Shown here: piece after piece, positions 31,009-41,881 of the stretch | How positions within the stretch are numbered: the stretch's first letter is position 1 | How the letters are laid out: every line of letters begins with the position of its first letter | Assembly: GCA_043743165.1 (NCBI GenBank) | Contig: JAYTXA010000033.1 | Location: forward strand, 4,624-68,623 | Origin: Acidobacteriota bacterium | GTDB lineage: Bacteria; Acidobacteriota; Vicinamibacteria; Vicinamibacterales; CAVVIG01 | Reading direction: 5' to 3' | DNA: 64,000 nucleotides | Made by a program: the position numbers and the translations under genes | The notes under the pieces: generated by a model | Told to the model about the DNA's origin: nothing | The model's input: only the letters and a program-made list of their open reading frames with translations | The model's database searches: none

Positions 31009-31934
31009 AGTGCCCGAAGTGCGGCTACCTCGGATACGAGCGCGTCGAGCGCTGCCGCCATTGCGGCTATGAGTTCTCGCTCGGTTCGTCGGCGCCGACG
31101 CCAGACCTGCGCCTCCGCAACAACGGCGAGATGCCGCGGCCGCTCGACGATCTGGATCTGATTGACGCGGCGACGGCTCCGCCGCCCGCCGATCGGTTTT
31201 CGGACGCGCTGGCCGAGGCGGACTCGGGGCCGGCACGGAACGGCCTGGCTGAACTGCCGCTCTTTGGCGCGCCGATCACCGACGACGTGCCGCTCATCAA
31301 GGCCGCCAGACCTCGTACGCCGCTGTCGGTCAGGCGCTCGACGCCGGAAGTGCCGAAGCTTCGCACTGAACCGCGGGTCGAGGCGCGCGCGCCGCTGCTC
31401 GAGTGGTCCGACCCGGCGCCGCATACCCCGCCGTCGCGCCTATCGGGCTTCGAGCGGCGTCCCACGCCGCAGCCCGAGCATCTGGTCAGGCCGCATGCTG
31501 GGGGCCTCGACGCCGCGGCGCCAGCGGGCCTTGCGCCTCGTGCGGTGGCCACGCTGATCGATCTGGCCCTGCTCACCGCGGTCGATGTGATCGTCGTGTA
31601 CCTCACGATGAAGATCTGCCGGCTGTCCTTCACCGAGCTCGCCCTGTTGCCGAAGGCGCCGCTCATCACGTTTCTCACGCTGCAGAACGGCGGCTACTTC
31701 ATCGTGTTCACCGCGACCGGGCAGACCTTGGGCAAGATGCTGACCGGTGTGCGCGTGTTGGCCGACGATAGCGACCGTGCGCCGGACCTCGGGCGGTCGG
31801 CGTTGCGGGCGGCACTCTGGATTGTGCTGGCGTTGCCCGCCGGCCTCGGCTTGCTCTCGGCCACCTTCAGCCGCGACGGACGCGGTCTTCACGATCGCTT
31901 CGCCGGAACCCGCGTCGTCAGGGCAGGTGCCTGA
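31005..31934 (+). CDS. RDD-family membrane protein with N-terminal zinc ribbon
   Basis: ORF 30696..31934 trimmed to ATG 31005. MKCPKCGYLGYERVERCRHCGYEF, a long Pro/Arg-rich linker, and a C-terminal RDD domain (..ATLIDLALLTAVDVIVVYL..GQTLGKMLTGVRV..GRGLHDRFAGTRVV). Confidence 0.8.
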   Translation: MKCPKCGYLGYERVERCRHCGYEFSLGSSAPTPDLRLRNNGEMPRPLDDLDLIDAATAPPPADRFSDALAEADSGPARNGLAELPLFGAPITDDVPLIKAARPRTPLSVRRSTPEVPKLRTEPRVEARAPLLEWSDPAPHTPPSRLSGFERRPTPQPEHLVRPHAGGLDAAAPAGLAPRAVATLIDLALLTAVDVIVVYLTMKICRLSFTELALLPKAPLITFLTLQNGGYFIVFTATGQTLGKMLTGVRVLADDSDRAPDLGRSALRAALWIVLALPAGLGLLSATFSRDGRGLHDRFAGTRVVRAGA

Positions 31935-31964
31935 GACGGGCACAATCGAGTACGCTCGCAGCTG

Positions 31965-32425
31965 ATGAATTTCCTCGCCATCGCGCTGGCCACGGCGTTT
32001 GGTGCCGGCTACGCACCCATCGCGCCCGGTACGTTCGGCTCGGCCGTCGGCCTTGTGCTCTGGTGGCTGCTCCCGCAGTCGACCGCCGTGCAATTTGCGG
32101 CCATCGTCGTCGTCTTCGCGCTCGGAACGTGGAGCGGCTCGGTGGCTGAGCGCCACTTCAAGCGCACTGACCCCGGGCACGTCGTCCTCGACGAAGTGCT
32201 GGGCATGCAAATCACGCTGTTCCTCAATCCGGTCGGATGGGTGGGGGCGTTGATCGGCTTCCTGCTGTTCCGCGTGGCCGACATCATCAAGCCGTATCCG
32301 GCGAACAAGCTCGAGGCGCTGCACGGCGGGTTCGGCATCATGGCTGACGATGCGATGGCGGCGGTGTACTCGAACATTGCGCTTCGGCTCGTCCTGATGG
32401 GCGCGGCCGCGCTGCACTGGACGCT

Positions 32426-32429
<4 letters not shown>
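31965..32429 (+). CDS. pgpA: phosphatidylglycerophosphatase A
   Basis: ..AFGAGYAPIAPGTFGSAVGL.. ..VVLDEVLGM.. ..FRVADIIKPYP.. ..GGFGIMADD.. Confidence 0.9.
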
Positions 32430-33694
<1,265 letters not shown>

Positions 33695-33716
33695 ACGCTG
33701 GCCGGTGCAATAAACT

Positions 33717-34313
33717 GTGGGCATCATGCTGGTGGTCGCGGTGTGTGCCGCGTATCTCATCGGGTCCATTCCGTTCGCACTCCTGTTGGCGAGGCGATGG
33801 GGCGGACACGATCTGCACCGCATCGGCAGCGGCAACATCGGCGCGGCGAATGTGCTGCGCGCCTCGGGTGTGCGCGCGGGTGTGGTCGTGGCCGTTCTCG
33901 ACATCACCAAGGGCGCGGCTGGTGTGCTGCTTGCCGGGCGTCTCGCCGGGGCCGAGCATGCGGGCGCCCTCGCCGGCCTGGCTGCCGTCGTCGGGCACAT
34001 CTATCCGGTCTGGCTGAAGTTCCGGGGAGGTAAGGGCGTCGCCACCGCCTTCGGTGTGTTCACCGTGCTCGCGCCGCTCTCTATTCCAGCAGCCGTCGTG
34101 GCGTTCTTCGTCGTAACCTGGGCGACCCGTTACATCTCGGTTGGCTCGGTGATGGCATCGCTTGTATTGCCGCCAGTGGCGTACGTGACCGGGTCGACCG
34201 GCGCGGTCGTCGCGTCGGCGTGCGCGTCCGCCACGCTCATCGTCTTCAGGCACCGCAGCAACCTGATGCGGGTGCGCGTCGGAACAGAACGCCGGGTGGG
34301 AGCGCGAGCGTGA
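33717..34313 (+). CDS. plsY: glycerol-3-phosphate acyltransferase PlsY
   Basis: ..AAYLIGSIPFALLLARRWGGHDLHRIGSGNIGAANVLR.. ..GHIYPVWLKFRGGKGVAT.. Start at GTG 33717 or ATG 33726. Confidence 0.93.
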   Translation: MGIMLVVAVCAAYLIGSIPFALLLARRWGGHDLHRIGSGNIGAANVLRASGVRAGVVVAVLDITKGAAGVLLAGRLAGAEHAGALAGLAAVVGHIYPVWLKFRGGKGVATAFGVFTVLAPLSIPAAVVAFFVVTWATRYISVGSVMASLVLPPVAYVTGSTGAVVASACASATLIVFRHRSNLMRVRVGTERRVGARA

Positions 34314-35317
34314 TCAGTCGGGTGGCCGTACTTGGAGCGGGAAGCTGGGGCACGGCGCTGGCCGTCCATCTGGCGCGCGTCGGGCACGACGTGCAACTGT
34401 GGGCGCGCGACCCGCTGACCGTGCGCGACATCCGCCAGCGTCGCGCCAATGTCGTCTACCTGCCGGACATCCACCTGCCCGACGGGGTGAGTCCGATCGA
34501 GTCGTTGCCCGAGGCGCTGTGCGACACGGCCCTTGTGGTCTGCGCGATTCCGTCTCATGGCTGCCGCGCCGTGATGCATGCCGCGGCCCCACACCTCGCG
34601 CCGGGTGCCATCCTCGTCAGCGCCACCAAGGGGCTCGAGACCGACACGATGCTGCGCATGTCCGAGGTGATTGCGCAGGAGGCGGGTGGTGGGCACCCGG
34701 TGGTCGTGCTGTCGGGGCCGTCCTTCGCGCTCGAAGTTGCACAGCAGAAGCCGACCGCCATCCTCGTGGCCTCGCACGACTCGATGGCGACCGATCGTGT
34801 CCAGGCGGAGTTCCGCAGCGGCTACTTTCGGCTTTATGGGTCGGACGATGTGGCCGGCGTCGAGCTGTGTGGTGCGCTGAAGAACGTCATCGCGATTGCC
34901 GCCGGCCTCGTCGAAGGCTCCGGGCTCGGGCACAACGCGCTCGCGGCCCTCATCACCCGCGGCCTCGCGGAGATCGCGCGCCTCGCTGTGGCTGCCGGCG
35001 GACGTCGTGAGACGCCCTCGGGCCTGAGCGGGCTGGGCGACCTGGTGCTCACCTGCACCGGCTCGCTGAGCCGCAACCGGCATGTCGGCATCGAGCTGGC
35101 GCGCGGGCGTCAGCTGTCCGAGATCGTGGCCAGCATGAAGATGGTCGCCGAAGGCGTCCGCACCACCTCGGCCGCGCTTGCGCTCGCTGAACGTCACGGC
35201 GTCGAGCTGCCGATCGTCACGCAGATGGCCCAACTGCTCGACGGGCGCATCGACCTGCGCACCGGTCTCGAAGCGCTCATGCTGCGCCGGCAGCGGACGG
35301 AGCACGAAAGCGCATAA
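34310..35317 (+). CDS. gpsA: NAD(P)H-dependent glycerol-3-phosphate dehydrogenase
   Basis: ORF 34220..35317 trimmed to GTG 34310 (GTGA overlap with plsY). VISRVAVLGAGSWGTALAVHLA.. ..GALKNVIAIAAG.. ..SRNRHVGIELARG.. Confidence 0.93.
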   Translation: MISRVAVLGAGSWGTALAVHLARVGHDVQLWARDPLTVRDIRQRRANVVYLPDIHLPDGVSPIESLPEALCDTALVVCAIPSHGCRAVMHAAAPHLAPGAILVSATKGLETDTMLRMSEVIAQEAGGGHPVVVLSGPSFALEVAQQKPTAILVASHDSMATDRVQAEFRSGYFRLYGSDDVAGVELCGALKNVIAIAAGLVEGSGLGHNALAALITRGLAEIARLAVAAGGRRETPSGLSGLGDLVLTCTGSLSRNRHVGIELARGRQLSEIVASMKMVAEGVRTTSAALALAERHGVELPIVTQMAQLLDGRIDLRTGLEALMLRRQRTEHESA

Positions 35318-35327
35318 GATCGACCGG

Positions 35328-36251
35328 ATGGGTTTCTTCGGCCGTATTCGAAAAAGTCTCACCAAAACCAAGCAGCAGATCGTCGACCGCTTCGACGACA
35401 TCGTCCGCCGGGCGGACGAACCCGAGCGGCGCAGCCGCCCGGTTGACGTCGATACGATCGAGGCGCTCGAAGAACTCCTGATCTCGGCCGATATCGGCGT
35501 GGCTGCCACCGACCGCATCATTGCCGCCGTGAAGAAGCGATCGCAGGCGGGCGAAGGGCTGCGCGACCTGGTCAAGCACGAACTACTCGCGATCTTCGCG
35601 GCTGTCGACACGCCAATCACCGTGGCGACACCGCCTCGCGTCACCCTCATTGTTGGCGTCAACGGCACCGGCAAGACGACCACTGTCGGCAAGCTCGCGA
35701 ATGCCCTGCGCAGCGAAGGCAAGCAGCCGCTGATCTGTGCGGCCGACACCTTCCGCGCCGCGGCCGTGGAGCAGCTCGAGATCTGGGCAACCCGCGCCGG
35801 CGTCGATATTGTTCGCGCACGTGAGGGTTCCGATCCGGCGGCCGTGGTGTTCGACGCCATCACCTCGGCGAAGGCGAAGGGGCGCGACCCCATCCTCGTG
35901 GACACCGCGGGCCGGCTGCACACGAAGGTCAACTTGATGAACGAGCTCGATAAGATCAAGCGCATTGCCGCCCGCGAGGTGCCGGGGGCCCCGCAGGAGG
36001 TGTTGCTCGTGCTCGACGCCACCGTCGGCCAGAACGGACTGGCGCAGGCGCGGGAGTTCACCGCCGTCGCCGGCGTGAACGGCATCGTCCTCACCAAGCT
36101 CGATGGCACGGCGAAGGGCGGCGTGGCCGTGGCGATTGCACACGATCTGAAGCTGCCGATTCGCTACGTCGGCGTTGGCGAGGGGATCGACGACCTGGTG
36201 CAGTTCGACGCGAAGGAGTACGTGGACGGCCTCTTCGAGGAGAAGTGGTGA
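35328..36251 (+). CDS. ftsY: signal recognition particle receptor FtsY
   Basis: ORF 35178..36251 trimmed to ATG 35328. NG domain with GVNGTGKTTTVGKLA, ..DTAGRLH.. and ..TKLDGTAKGG.. Confidence 0.93.
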   Translation: MGFFGRIRKSLTKTKQQIVDRFDDIVRRADEPERRSRPVDVDTIEALEELLISADIGVAATDRIIAAVKKRSQAGEGLRDLVKHELLAIFAAVDTPITVATPPRVTLIVGVNGTGKTTTVGKLANALRSEGKQPLICAADTFRAAAVEQLEIWATRAGVDIVRAREGSDPAAVVFDAITSAKAKGRDPILVDTAGRLHTKVNLMNELDKIKRIAAREVPGAPQEVLLVLDATVGQNGLAQAREFTAVAGVNGIVLTKLDGTAKGGVAVAIAHDLKLPIRYVGVGEGIDDLVQFDAKEYVDGLFEEKW

Positions 36252-37333
36252 CACTGACCGACGCGGACTACATGGCGCGTGCGTTGTTTCACGCCGCCAG
36301 GGGCCGCGGACGGACCAGTCCGAACCCTGTCGTCGGCGCCGTCGTGGTGTCGGCCGACGGCGTGGTGGTGGGGCAGGGATACCACGCGCGGGCGGGTGAG
36401 CCGCATGCCGAAGTGTACGCGCTGGCGATGGCCGGAGCGGATGCGCGGGGAGGCACGTTGTATTGCACGCTCGAGCCGTGCAGCCACACGGGAAGAACGG
36501 GTCCGTGCGGGCCACGCATTGCCGACGCCGGCATCGCCCGTGTGGTGGCAGCGGTGCAGGATCCCAACCCGCTGGTCAGCGGGCGCGGGTTCGACTACCT
36601 GCGGTCGCGCGGCATTACGGTTGACGTTGGGCTCGGCGACGGACCAGCCGCGCAACTCAACCAGCCGTTCTTCACCACCATGCGCGATGGGCGCCCGTTC
36701 GTCATCCTCAAGGCCGCCATCAGCGTGGACGGCTGCATGGCCGAGGCGCCCGGGGTGCGTACGCAGCTGACGTCGCCGCCGGCCAACCGCCACGCGCAGC
36801 GCGGACGGGCCGAGGTCGATGCCCTGGCCGTTGGCGTCGGCACGATCCTGGTGGATGACCCGCACCTGACGCCGCGCGGCGTGTTCCGGGAGCAGCCGTT
36901 CACACGGGTGATCTTCGATCGACGCCTGCGGACGCCGGTCACGGCTCAGGTGCTCTCGACACAGGCGGCTGGCCCTGTCATCATCGTGACTACGGCTGAC
37001 GCAGCAGCGGAGACGGCAGTTCGGGAGGCACTCGAGCGCCGCGGCGCCCAGATCGTGACCGCCGACGGAACCGTTCGGGCCGGACTCGAGGCGCTGTCGG
37101 CACGCGGCATCACGTCGGTGCTGCTCGAAGGCGGCGCCGCCCTGCATGCGGCGGCCTGGGACGAAGGGGTGGTCGACTTCGTCCGCCTCTATGTGACGCC
37201 TCATGTATTGGGCCCGTCGGGGGTCAGGTTCCTGCCAGGCCGGCGCCTTCCGCCCGCGATGCTCGCGGAACGGCGCATCGGGCAGCTCGGACCGGATGTG
37301 GTGATCGAGGGATATGTTCACGGGCCTCGTTGA
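36245..37333 (+). CDS. ribD: bifunctional riboflavin biosynthesis deaminase/reductase RibD
   Basis: ..SPNPVVGAVVV.. HAEVYAL.. ..TLEPCSHTGRTGPC.. C-terminal reductase domain. The start overlaps the ftsY end. Confidence 0.93.
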   Translation: MVTLTDADYMARALFHAARGRGRTSPNPVVGAVVVSADGVVVGQGYHARAGEPHAEVYALAMAGADARGGTLYCTLEPCSHTGRTGPCGPRIADAGIARVVAAVQDPNPLVSGRGFDYLRSRGITVDVGLGDGPAAQLNQPFFTTMRDGRPFVILKAAISVDGCMAEAPGVRTQLTSPPANRHAQRGRAEVDALAVGVGTILVDDPHLTPRGVFREQPFTRVIFDRRLRTPVTAQVLSTQAAGPVIIVTTADAAAETAVREALERRGAQIVTADGTVRAGLEALSARGITSVLLEGGAALHAAAWDEGVVDFVRLYVTPHVLGPSGVRFLPGRRLPPAMLAERRIGQLGPDVVIEGYVHGPR

Positions 37334-37916
37334 ATCGGTGGGTGAGATCGTCGAGTCGGTGCCGACCGGCGCGGGCGTTCGCGTGCGCATCGCCACCGCC
37401 CTGGCATCGGAGCTGACGCTTGGCGAGAGCCTGATGGTGAACGGCGTCTGCCTGACCGTCATCGCTCACGATGCCGAGGCCGTGCATGCCGACATCGGAC
37501 CCGAGACGCTCAAGGTGACGACGCTCGGTGGTCTTGAACGCGGACGTCTGGTGAACCTCGAACGGTCGATGCGCGCGGATAGCCGCTTCGGCGGGCACTT
37601 CGTCCAGGGCCATGTCGACGCCGTCGGGCACGTGGTGGCTGTCACCCCTGACGCGGAGTTCCATACGGTGACCGTGGGCTATCCGCCCCGGTTCGCCGCC
37701 AACCTGATTCTCCGCGGGTCGATCGCTGTCGACGGCATCAGCCTCACGGTGGCTGGTCTGCGCGACGATGCGTTCGACCTGATGATCATTCCCTTCACCA
37801 TGGCGCACACCAACCTGCGGCACGCCGCCGCCGGTACCCCCGTCAACCTCGAGTTCGACATGGTGGGGAAGTACGTCGCGCGGACCGCCGAACTGGCGAC
37901 ACGTACCGCGTCATAG
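37314..37916 (+). CDS. ribE: riboflavin synthase (alpha chain)
   Basis: MFTGLVESVGEIV.. ..SLMVNGVCLTV.. ..SIAVDGISLTV.. (duplicated barrel). Confidence 0.93.
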   Translation: MFTGLVESVGEIVESVPTGAGVRVRIATALASELTLGESLMVNGVCLTVIAHDAEAVHADIGPETLKVTTLGGLERGRLVNLERSMRADSRFGGHFVQGHVDAVGHVVAVTPDAEFHTVTVGYPPRFAANLILRGSIAVDGISLTVAGLRDDAFDLMIIPFTMAHTNLRHAAAGTPVNLEFDMVGKYVARTAELATRTAS

Positions 37917-37947
37917 CAGGCCGATATATCGGCCAGGCAGCAGGACC

Positions 37948-39198
37948 ATGAAGACCCATATGAAGATCGCCAAAGGGGCCCGCAAGCAGAACAGCCCCAT
38001 CGCCCGGATCGAAGATGCCCTCGACGCCTTCCGCGAGGGAAAGATGATCATCGTTGTCGACGATGAAGACCGGGAGAACGAGGGCGATCTGACGATTGCC
38101 GCGGAGAAAATCACGCCCGAGGCCATCAACTTCATGGCGACGCACGGGCGCGGCCTCGTCTGCCTGTCGATGATGCCCGAGCGGCTCGACGAACTCGAGA
38201 TTCCGCTGATGGTGTCGCAGAACACCTCCCGCTTCGAGACGGCGTTCTGTATCCCGATCGAGGCCAAGGGTCGGACCACCACCGGCATCTCGGCGCAGGA
38301 CCGGTCGGCTACTGTGCAGGTGGCCATCGACCCGACCACCAAGCCGTACGACCTGCTGCGTCCCGGTCATATGTTCCCGCTGCGCTCGCGCAGCGGTGGC
38401 GTGATCGAGCGGGCGGGCCAGACCGAGGCGGCCGTCGACCTCGCGCGCATCGCCGGGCTCTATCCGGCCGGTGTCATCTGCGAGATCATGAATGAAGACG
38501 GCACGATGTCACGCATGCCCGACCTCGTGAAGTTCGCCAAAAAACACGACCTGCTCATCATCACCATCGCTGACCTCATCAAGTACCGGATCGCCAACGA
38601 GAAACTGGTGAAGAAGGTGGCGTCGGCAAAGCTGCCGACCGAATACGGCGAGAACTGGATGGTTCACGTCTTCGTGAATCAACTCGACAAGAAGGAGCAC
38701 GTCGCGCTGGTGTGCGGCGACACCTCGTCGGGCAAGGACGTGCTGGTGCGCGTCCACTCGTCGTGTCTCACCGGCGACGTGCTGCACTCGGTGCGGTGCG
38801 ACTGCGGCGAGCAGCGCGATGCGGCGATGAAGCTGATTGCCGCCGAGGGGCGTGGCATCCTCATCTACCTGAACCAGGAGGGGAGGGGCATCGGCCTCGC
38901 GAACAAGATCCGGGCCTACGAACTCCAGGACGAAGGGTTCGACACCGTCGAAGCGAACGAGCGGCTTGGCTTCAAGGCCGACCAGCGCGACTACGGAATC
39001 GGGGTCCAGATGCTCCGCGACCTCGGCGTCAAGACCATGCGCCTGCTGAGCAACAACCCCCGCAAGCTCGTCGGCCTCGAAGGCTACGGCCTGTCGATCA
39101 CCGAGTGGCTGCCGCTCGAGATGCCCGCGTCGGACTCGACGCGGCGGTACCTCAAGACCAAGAAGGAAAAGCTGGGACATCGCCTGTCCGGCGTGTAG
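37948..39198 (+). CDS. ribBA: bifunctional 3,4-dihydroxy-2-butanone-4-phosphate synthase / GTP cyclohydrolase II
   Basis: ..MIIVVDDEDRENEGDL.. ..HGRGLVC.. and the GCHII part ..VRVHSSCLTGDVLHSVRCDCG.. ..IYLNQEGRGIGL.. Confidence 0.95.
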   Translation: MKTHMKIAKGARKQNSPIARIEDALDAFREGKMIIVVDDEDRENEGDLTIAAEKITPEAINFMATHGRGLVCLSMMPERLDELEIPLMVSQNTSRFETAFCIPIEAKGRTTTGISAQDRSATVQVAIDPTTKPYDLLRPGHMFPLRSRSGGVIERAGQTEAAVDLARIAGLYPAGVICEIMNEDGTMSRMPDLVKFAKKHDLLIITIADLIKYRIANEKLVKKVASAKLPTEYGENWMVHVFVNQLDKKEHVALVCGDTSSGKDVLVRVHSSCLTGDVLHSVRCDCGEQRDAAMKLIAAEGRGILIYLNQEGRGIGLANKIRAYELQDEGFDTVEANERLGFKADQRDYGIGVQMLRDLGVKTMRLLSNNPRKLVGLEGYGLSITEWLPLEMPASDSTRRYLKTKKEKLGHRLSGV

Positions 39199-39257
39199 GC
39201 ACGCCGGTCAGCGGCCAGAGTCGATAGGCGGTGGGCGATAGCCAACCCAACATTCCG

Positions 39258-39287
39258 TTGACTCAGCACGGGACCTTCTACCACAAT
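39258..39287 (+). promoter_or_regulatory. possible sigma70-like promoter for the ffh operon (TTGACT-N18-CACAAT)
   Basis: TTGACT at 39258-39263 and CACAAT at 39282-39287, in the 146-bp gap after ribBA. Confidence 0.3.
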
Positions 39288-39344
39288 AAGCGTTTGCGCT
39301 AGAGCACGTTAGCGTGGACTTCGGGGTAGCGGTTTACTGACGCG

Positions 39345-40706
39345 ATGTTCGATTCACTGAGCACACGCCTGCAGGACGTCTTCAAGTCACTGCGGGGGCA
39401 GGGGCGGTTGACGCCCGAGAACATCGAAGCAGCCCTGCGCGAGATTCGTCTCGCGTTGCTCGAAGCCGACGTCAATTTCAAGGTCGTCAAGGCGTTCGTC
39501 GATCGCGTGCGCGATCAGGCCATGGAGGCTGCGGTCCTCCAGAGCCTGTCGCCGTCGCAGCAGATCGTCAAGATCGTCCGTGACGAAATGCTCGGTCTCT
39601 TCGGTGATACGAAGGGCGGGCTCACCGAGAGCAGCAAGCGGCCGCGGGTTGTCCTGCTGCTCGGGTTGCAGGGTGCGGGCAAGACCACGACGGCCGGCAA
39701 GCTGGCCTTGTGGTTGTCGAAGCAGGGGCGGCATCCGCTGCTCGTCTCGACCGACGTCAAGCGTCCTGCGGCGATTGCGCAGCTGAATGTGGTGGCCGGG
39801 AAGGCCGGCGTGCAGGTGTTCGACCCTGCCGGCGACCTCGATCCGGTGTCGCGTGCGAAGGGGGCGATGGCCCAGGCCGCCACGAAGGGGTTCGACGTCG
39901 TCATCGTCGACTCGGCCGGGCGACTGCACATCGACGACGAGCTCATGACCGAGCTCGAGGCGATCAAGGGCGTCACCGACCCGTCGGACCTGCTCTACGT
40001 CGCCGATGCGATGACGGGACAGGACGCCATCAAGAGCGCCGGCGAGTTCAACAGCCGCGTCGGTGTCACCGGCGTCGTGCTGACGAAGATGGACGGCGAT
40101 GCGCGCGGTGGCGCGGCGCTCTCCGTGGTATCCGTGGTCGGCGTGCCGATCGCGTTCGTCGGCAGCGGCGAACGGCTGGAAGACCTGGAACCGTTCCACC
40201 CCGACCGGGTGGTGTCCCGCGTGCTGGGCATGGGCGACGTGCTGTCGCTCATCGAACGCGCGGAACAGGCGATTACGCAGGAAGACGCGGCGAAGCTCGA
40301 ACAGAAGATCCGTTCGAACGAGTTCACGCTCGAGGATTTCCGCGATCAGCTCAGGACCATCCGCAAGATGGGGCCGCTCGAGCAGATCATGGGGATGCTG
40401 CCCGGGATGGGCAACATCAAGGCGCTGGCGGAGAACAAGCCGGACGAGAAGCAGCTGGGCCGCATCGAGGCAATCATCGGGTCGATGACGCCGGATGAAC
40501 GGCGTAAGCAGCACATCATCAACGGCAGCCGGCGCAAGCGCATCGCGAAGGGCAGCGGCACGTCGGTCGAGGACGTGAACCGGCTGCTGAAGCAGTTCGT
40601 GCAGATGCAGAAGATGATGAAGCAGCTCGGCGGAATGGCCGGGCTGGGCGGTGGCGGCAAGAATGCCCGCCGCAAAGCAATGGAGATGCTGCGCAACCGA
40701 CGCTAG
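39345..40706 (+). CDS. ffh: signal recognition particle protein Ffh
   Basis: MFDSLSTRLQDVFKSLRGQGRLTPENI.. GLQGAGKTTTAGKLA.. DSAGRLH.. Met-rich M domain. Confidence 0.97.
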   Translation: MFDSLSTRLQDVFKSLRGQGRLTPENIEAALREIRLALLEADVNFKVVKAFVDRVRDQAMEAAVLQSLSPSQQIVKIVRDEMLGLFGDTKGGLTESSKRPRVVLLLGLQGAGKTTTAGKLALWLSKQGRHPLLVSTDVKRPAAIAQLNVVAGKAGVQVFDPAGDLDPVSRAKGAMAQAATKGFDVVIVDSAGRLHIDDELMTELEAIKGVTDPSDLLYVADAMTGQDAIKSAGEFNSRVGVTGVVLTKMDGDARGGAALSVVSVVGVPIAFVGSGERLEDLEPFHPDRVVSRVLGMGDVLSLIERAEQAITQEDAAKLEQKIRSNEFTLEDFRDQLRTIRKMGPLEQIMGMLPGMGNIKALAENKPDEKQLGRIEAIIGSMTPDERRKQHIINGSRRKRIAKGSGTSVEDVNRLLKQFVQMQKMMKQLGGMAGLGGGGKNARRKAMEMLRNRR

Positions 40707-40822
40707 TCGGTGCTTCGCGCCGGGTCGCAGGTCATCAGTCGTGAGGCTGATGATGTGTGACGACGAGCGCAGCGTTGTTTCAGTTCGGGCCGCGAAGCCT
40801 CGGACAGTATCAGGAGCGATAG

Positions 40823-41104
40823 ATGGTAGCCATTCGTCTGCGTCGTGCAGGGTCCAAGAAGCGTCCGTTCTTCCGCGTCGTCGTCACCGACTCGCGCGCA
40901 GCCCGCGACAGCAGCTTTGTTGAAATTCTCGGTCACTACAACCCGCGCACCAAGCCGGCGCTGGTGACCGTCAACCTCGAGCGCGTCCAGTACTGGATGA
41001 GCAAGGGCGCGCAGCCGTCAGACTCGGTGCGGACACTGATTGCCCGTCACCTGACGCCGGCCAAGCCGGCGGTGGTCGACGCAGCGGCGGCCGACGCGAA
41101 GTGA
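40823..41104 (+). CDS. rpsP: 30S ribosomal protein S16
   Basis: MVAIRLRRAGSKKRPFFRVVVTDSRAARDSSFVEILGHYNP.. AGGAG RBS upstream. Confidence 0.95.
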   Translation: MVAIRLRRAGSKKRPFFRVVVTDSRAARDSSFVEILGHYNPRTKPALVTVNLERVQYWMSKGAQPSDSVRTLIARHLTPAKPAVVDAAAADAK

Positions 41105-41349
41105 GCGCGGTCCGCAGCGTCGTCGAGGTGCTGGCCCGGGCGTTGACCGACACGCCCGACCAGGTGCAGGTGGTGGAATCGCAGCACCGCGACACGACAC
41201 TCGTTGAACTGTATGTTGCGCCCAACGAGATGGGGCGCGTCATCGGGAAGCAGGGCCGGACCGCCGCCGCCCTTCGCACGCTGGCCGCCGTGGCCGGCGA
41301 GAAGGAAGGCAAGACGGTCACCCTCGAGATTCGCGACGGCAGGCCGTGA
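41101..41349 (+). CDS. KH domain RNA-binding protein (UPF0109/YlqC-like)
   Basis: ..MGRVIGKQGRTAAALRTL.. (GXXG KH loop). Conserved position between rpsP and rimM. GTGA overlap. Confidence 0.85.
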   Translation: MSAVRSVVEVLARALTDTPDQVQVVESQHRDTTLVELYVAPNEMGRVIGKQGRTAAALRTLAAVAGEKEGKTVTLEIRDGRP

Positions 41350-41879
41350 ACTGGGACGAGATGGCGGTGGTCGGCGTGATTGGCCGGCCGCACGGCATCC
41401 GCGGTCAGGTCTTCGTCAACCCTGAAACCGACTTTCCGGAACAACGGTTCGGACCAGGGGCGACGCTGTACTTGATGCGAGGCGGACGGGTCGAGCCGGT
41501 CGCGGTCACGACGTTCCGCATGCAGCAGGCACGGCCGGTCATCGGGCTCGATGGAGTCACCGACATGGACGCGGCGACGGCACTGACTGGACTCGAGTTC
41601 AGGATACCGGTCGAGTCGCTCGTCACGCTGCCGGACGGGACGTTCTATCACCACGATCTCGTGGGGTGCCTGGTGGTCACGACCGACGGACTCGAGGTGG
41701 GCACGGTCGCCGCTGTCGAAGGGGATGCGGCCAACACACGGCTGGTCGTGCCGGCGGACGAGGGCGATGTGCTCATTCCGCTGGTGCTGCCGATTTGCAC
41801 GAAGATTGATCCGAAGGCCAGGCGCATCGTCATCGCGCCGCCCGAGGGGTTGATTGAGTTGAACCAGCGCCAGAAGTAG
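41346..41879 (+). CDS. rimM: ribosome maturation factor RimM
   Basis: ..[16 protein letters not shown].. plus a PRC-barrel C-terminus. Conserved synteny. Confidence 0.9.
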   Translation: MNWDEMAVVGVIGRPHGIRGQVFVNPETDFPEQRFGPGATLYLMRGGRVEPVAVTTFRMQQARPVIGLDGVTDMDAATALTGLEFRIPVESLVTLPDGTFYHHDLVGCLVVTTDGLEVGTVAAVEGDAANTRLVVPADEGDVLIPLVLPICTKIDPKARRIVIAPPEGLIELNQRQK

Positions 41880-41881
41880 TC

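Noticed and set aside
34130-36109. 659-aa minus-strand ORF
   Set aside because: Antisense to plsY, gpsA and ftsY, all of which have strong motifs. Shadow ORF.
39199-39344. Possible SRP (4.5S) RNA or other ncRNA in the ribBA-ffh gap
   Set aside because: No SRP domain IV motif or extended helix could be drawn. The gap is better explained by a promoter plus 5' UTR for ffh.
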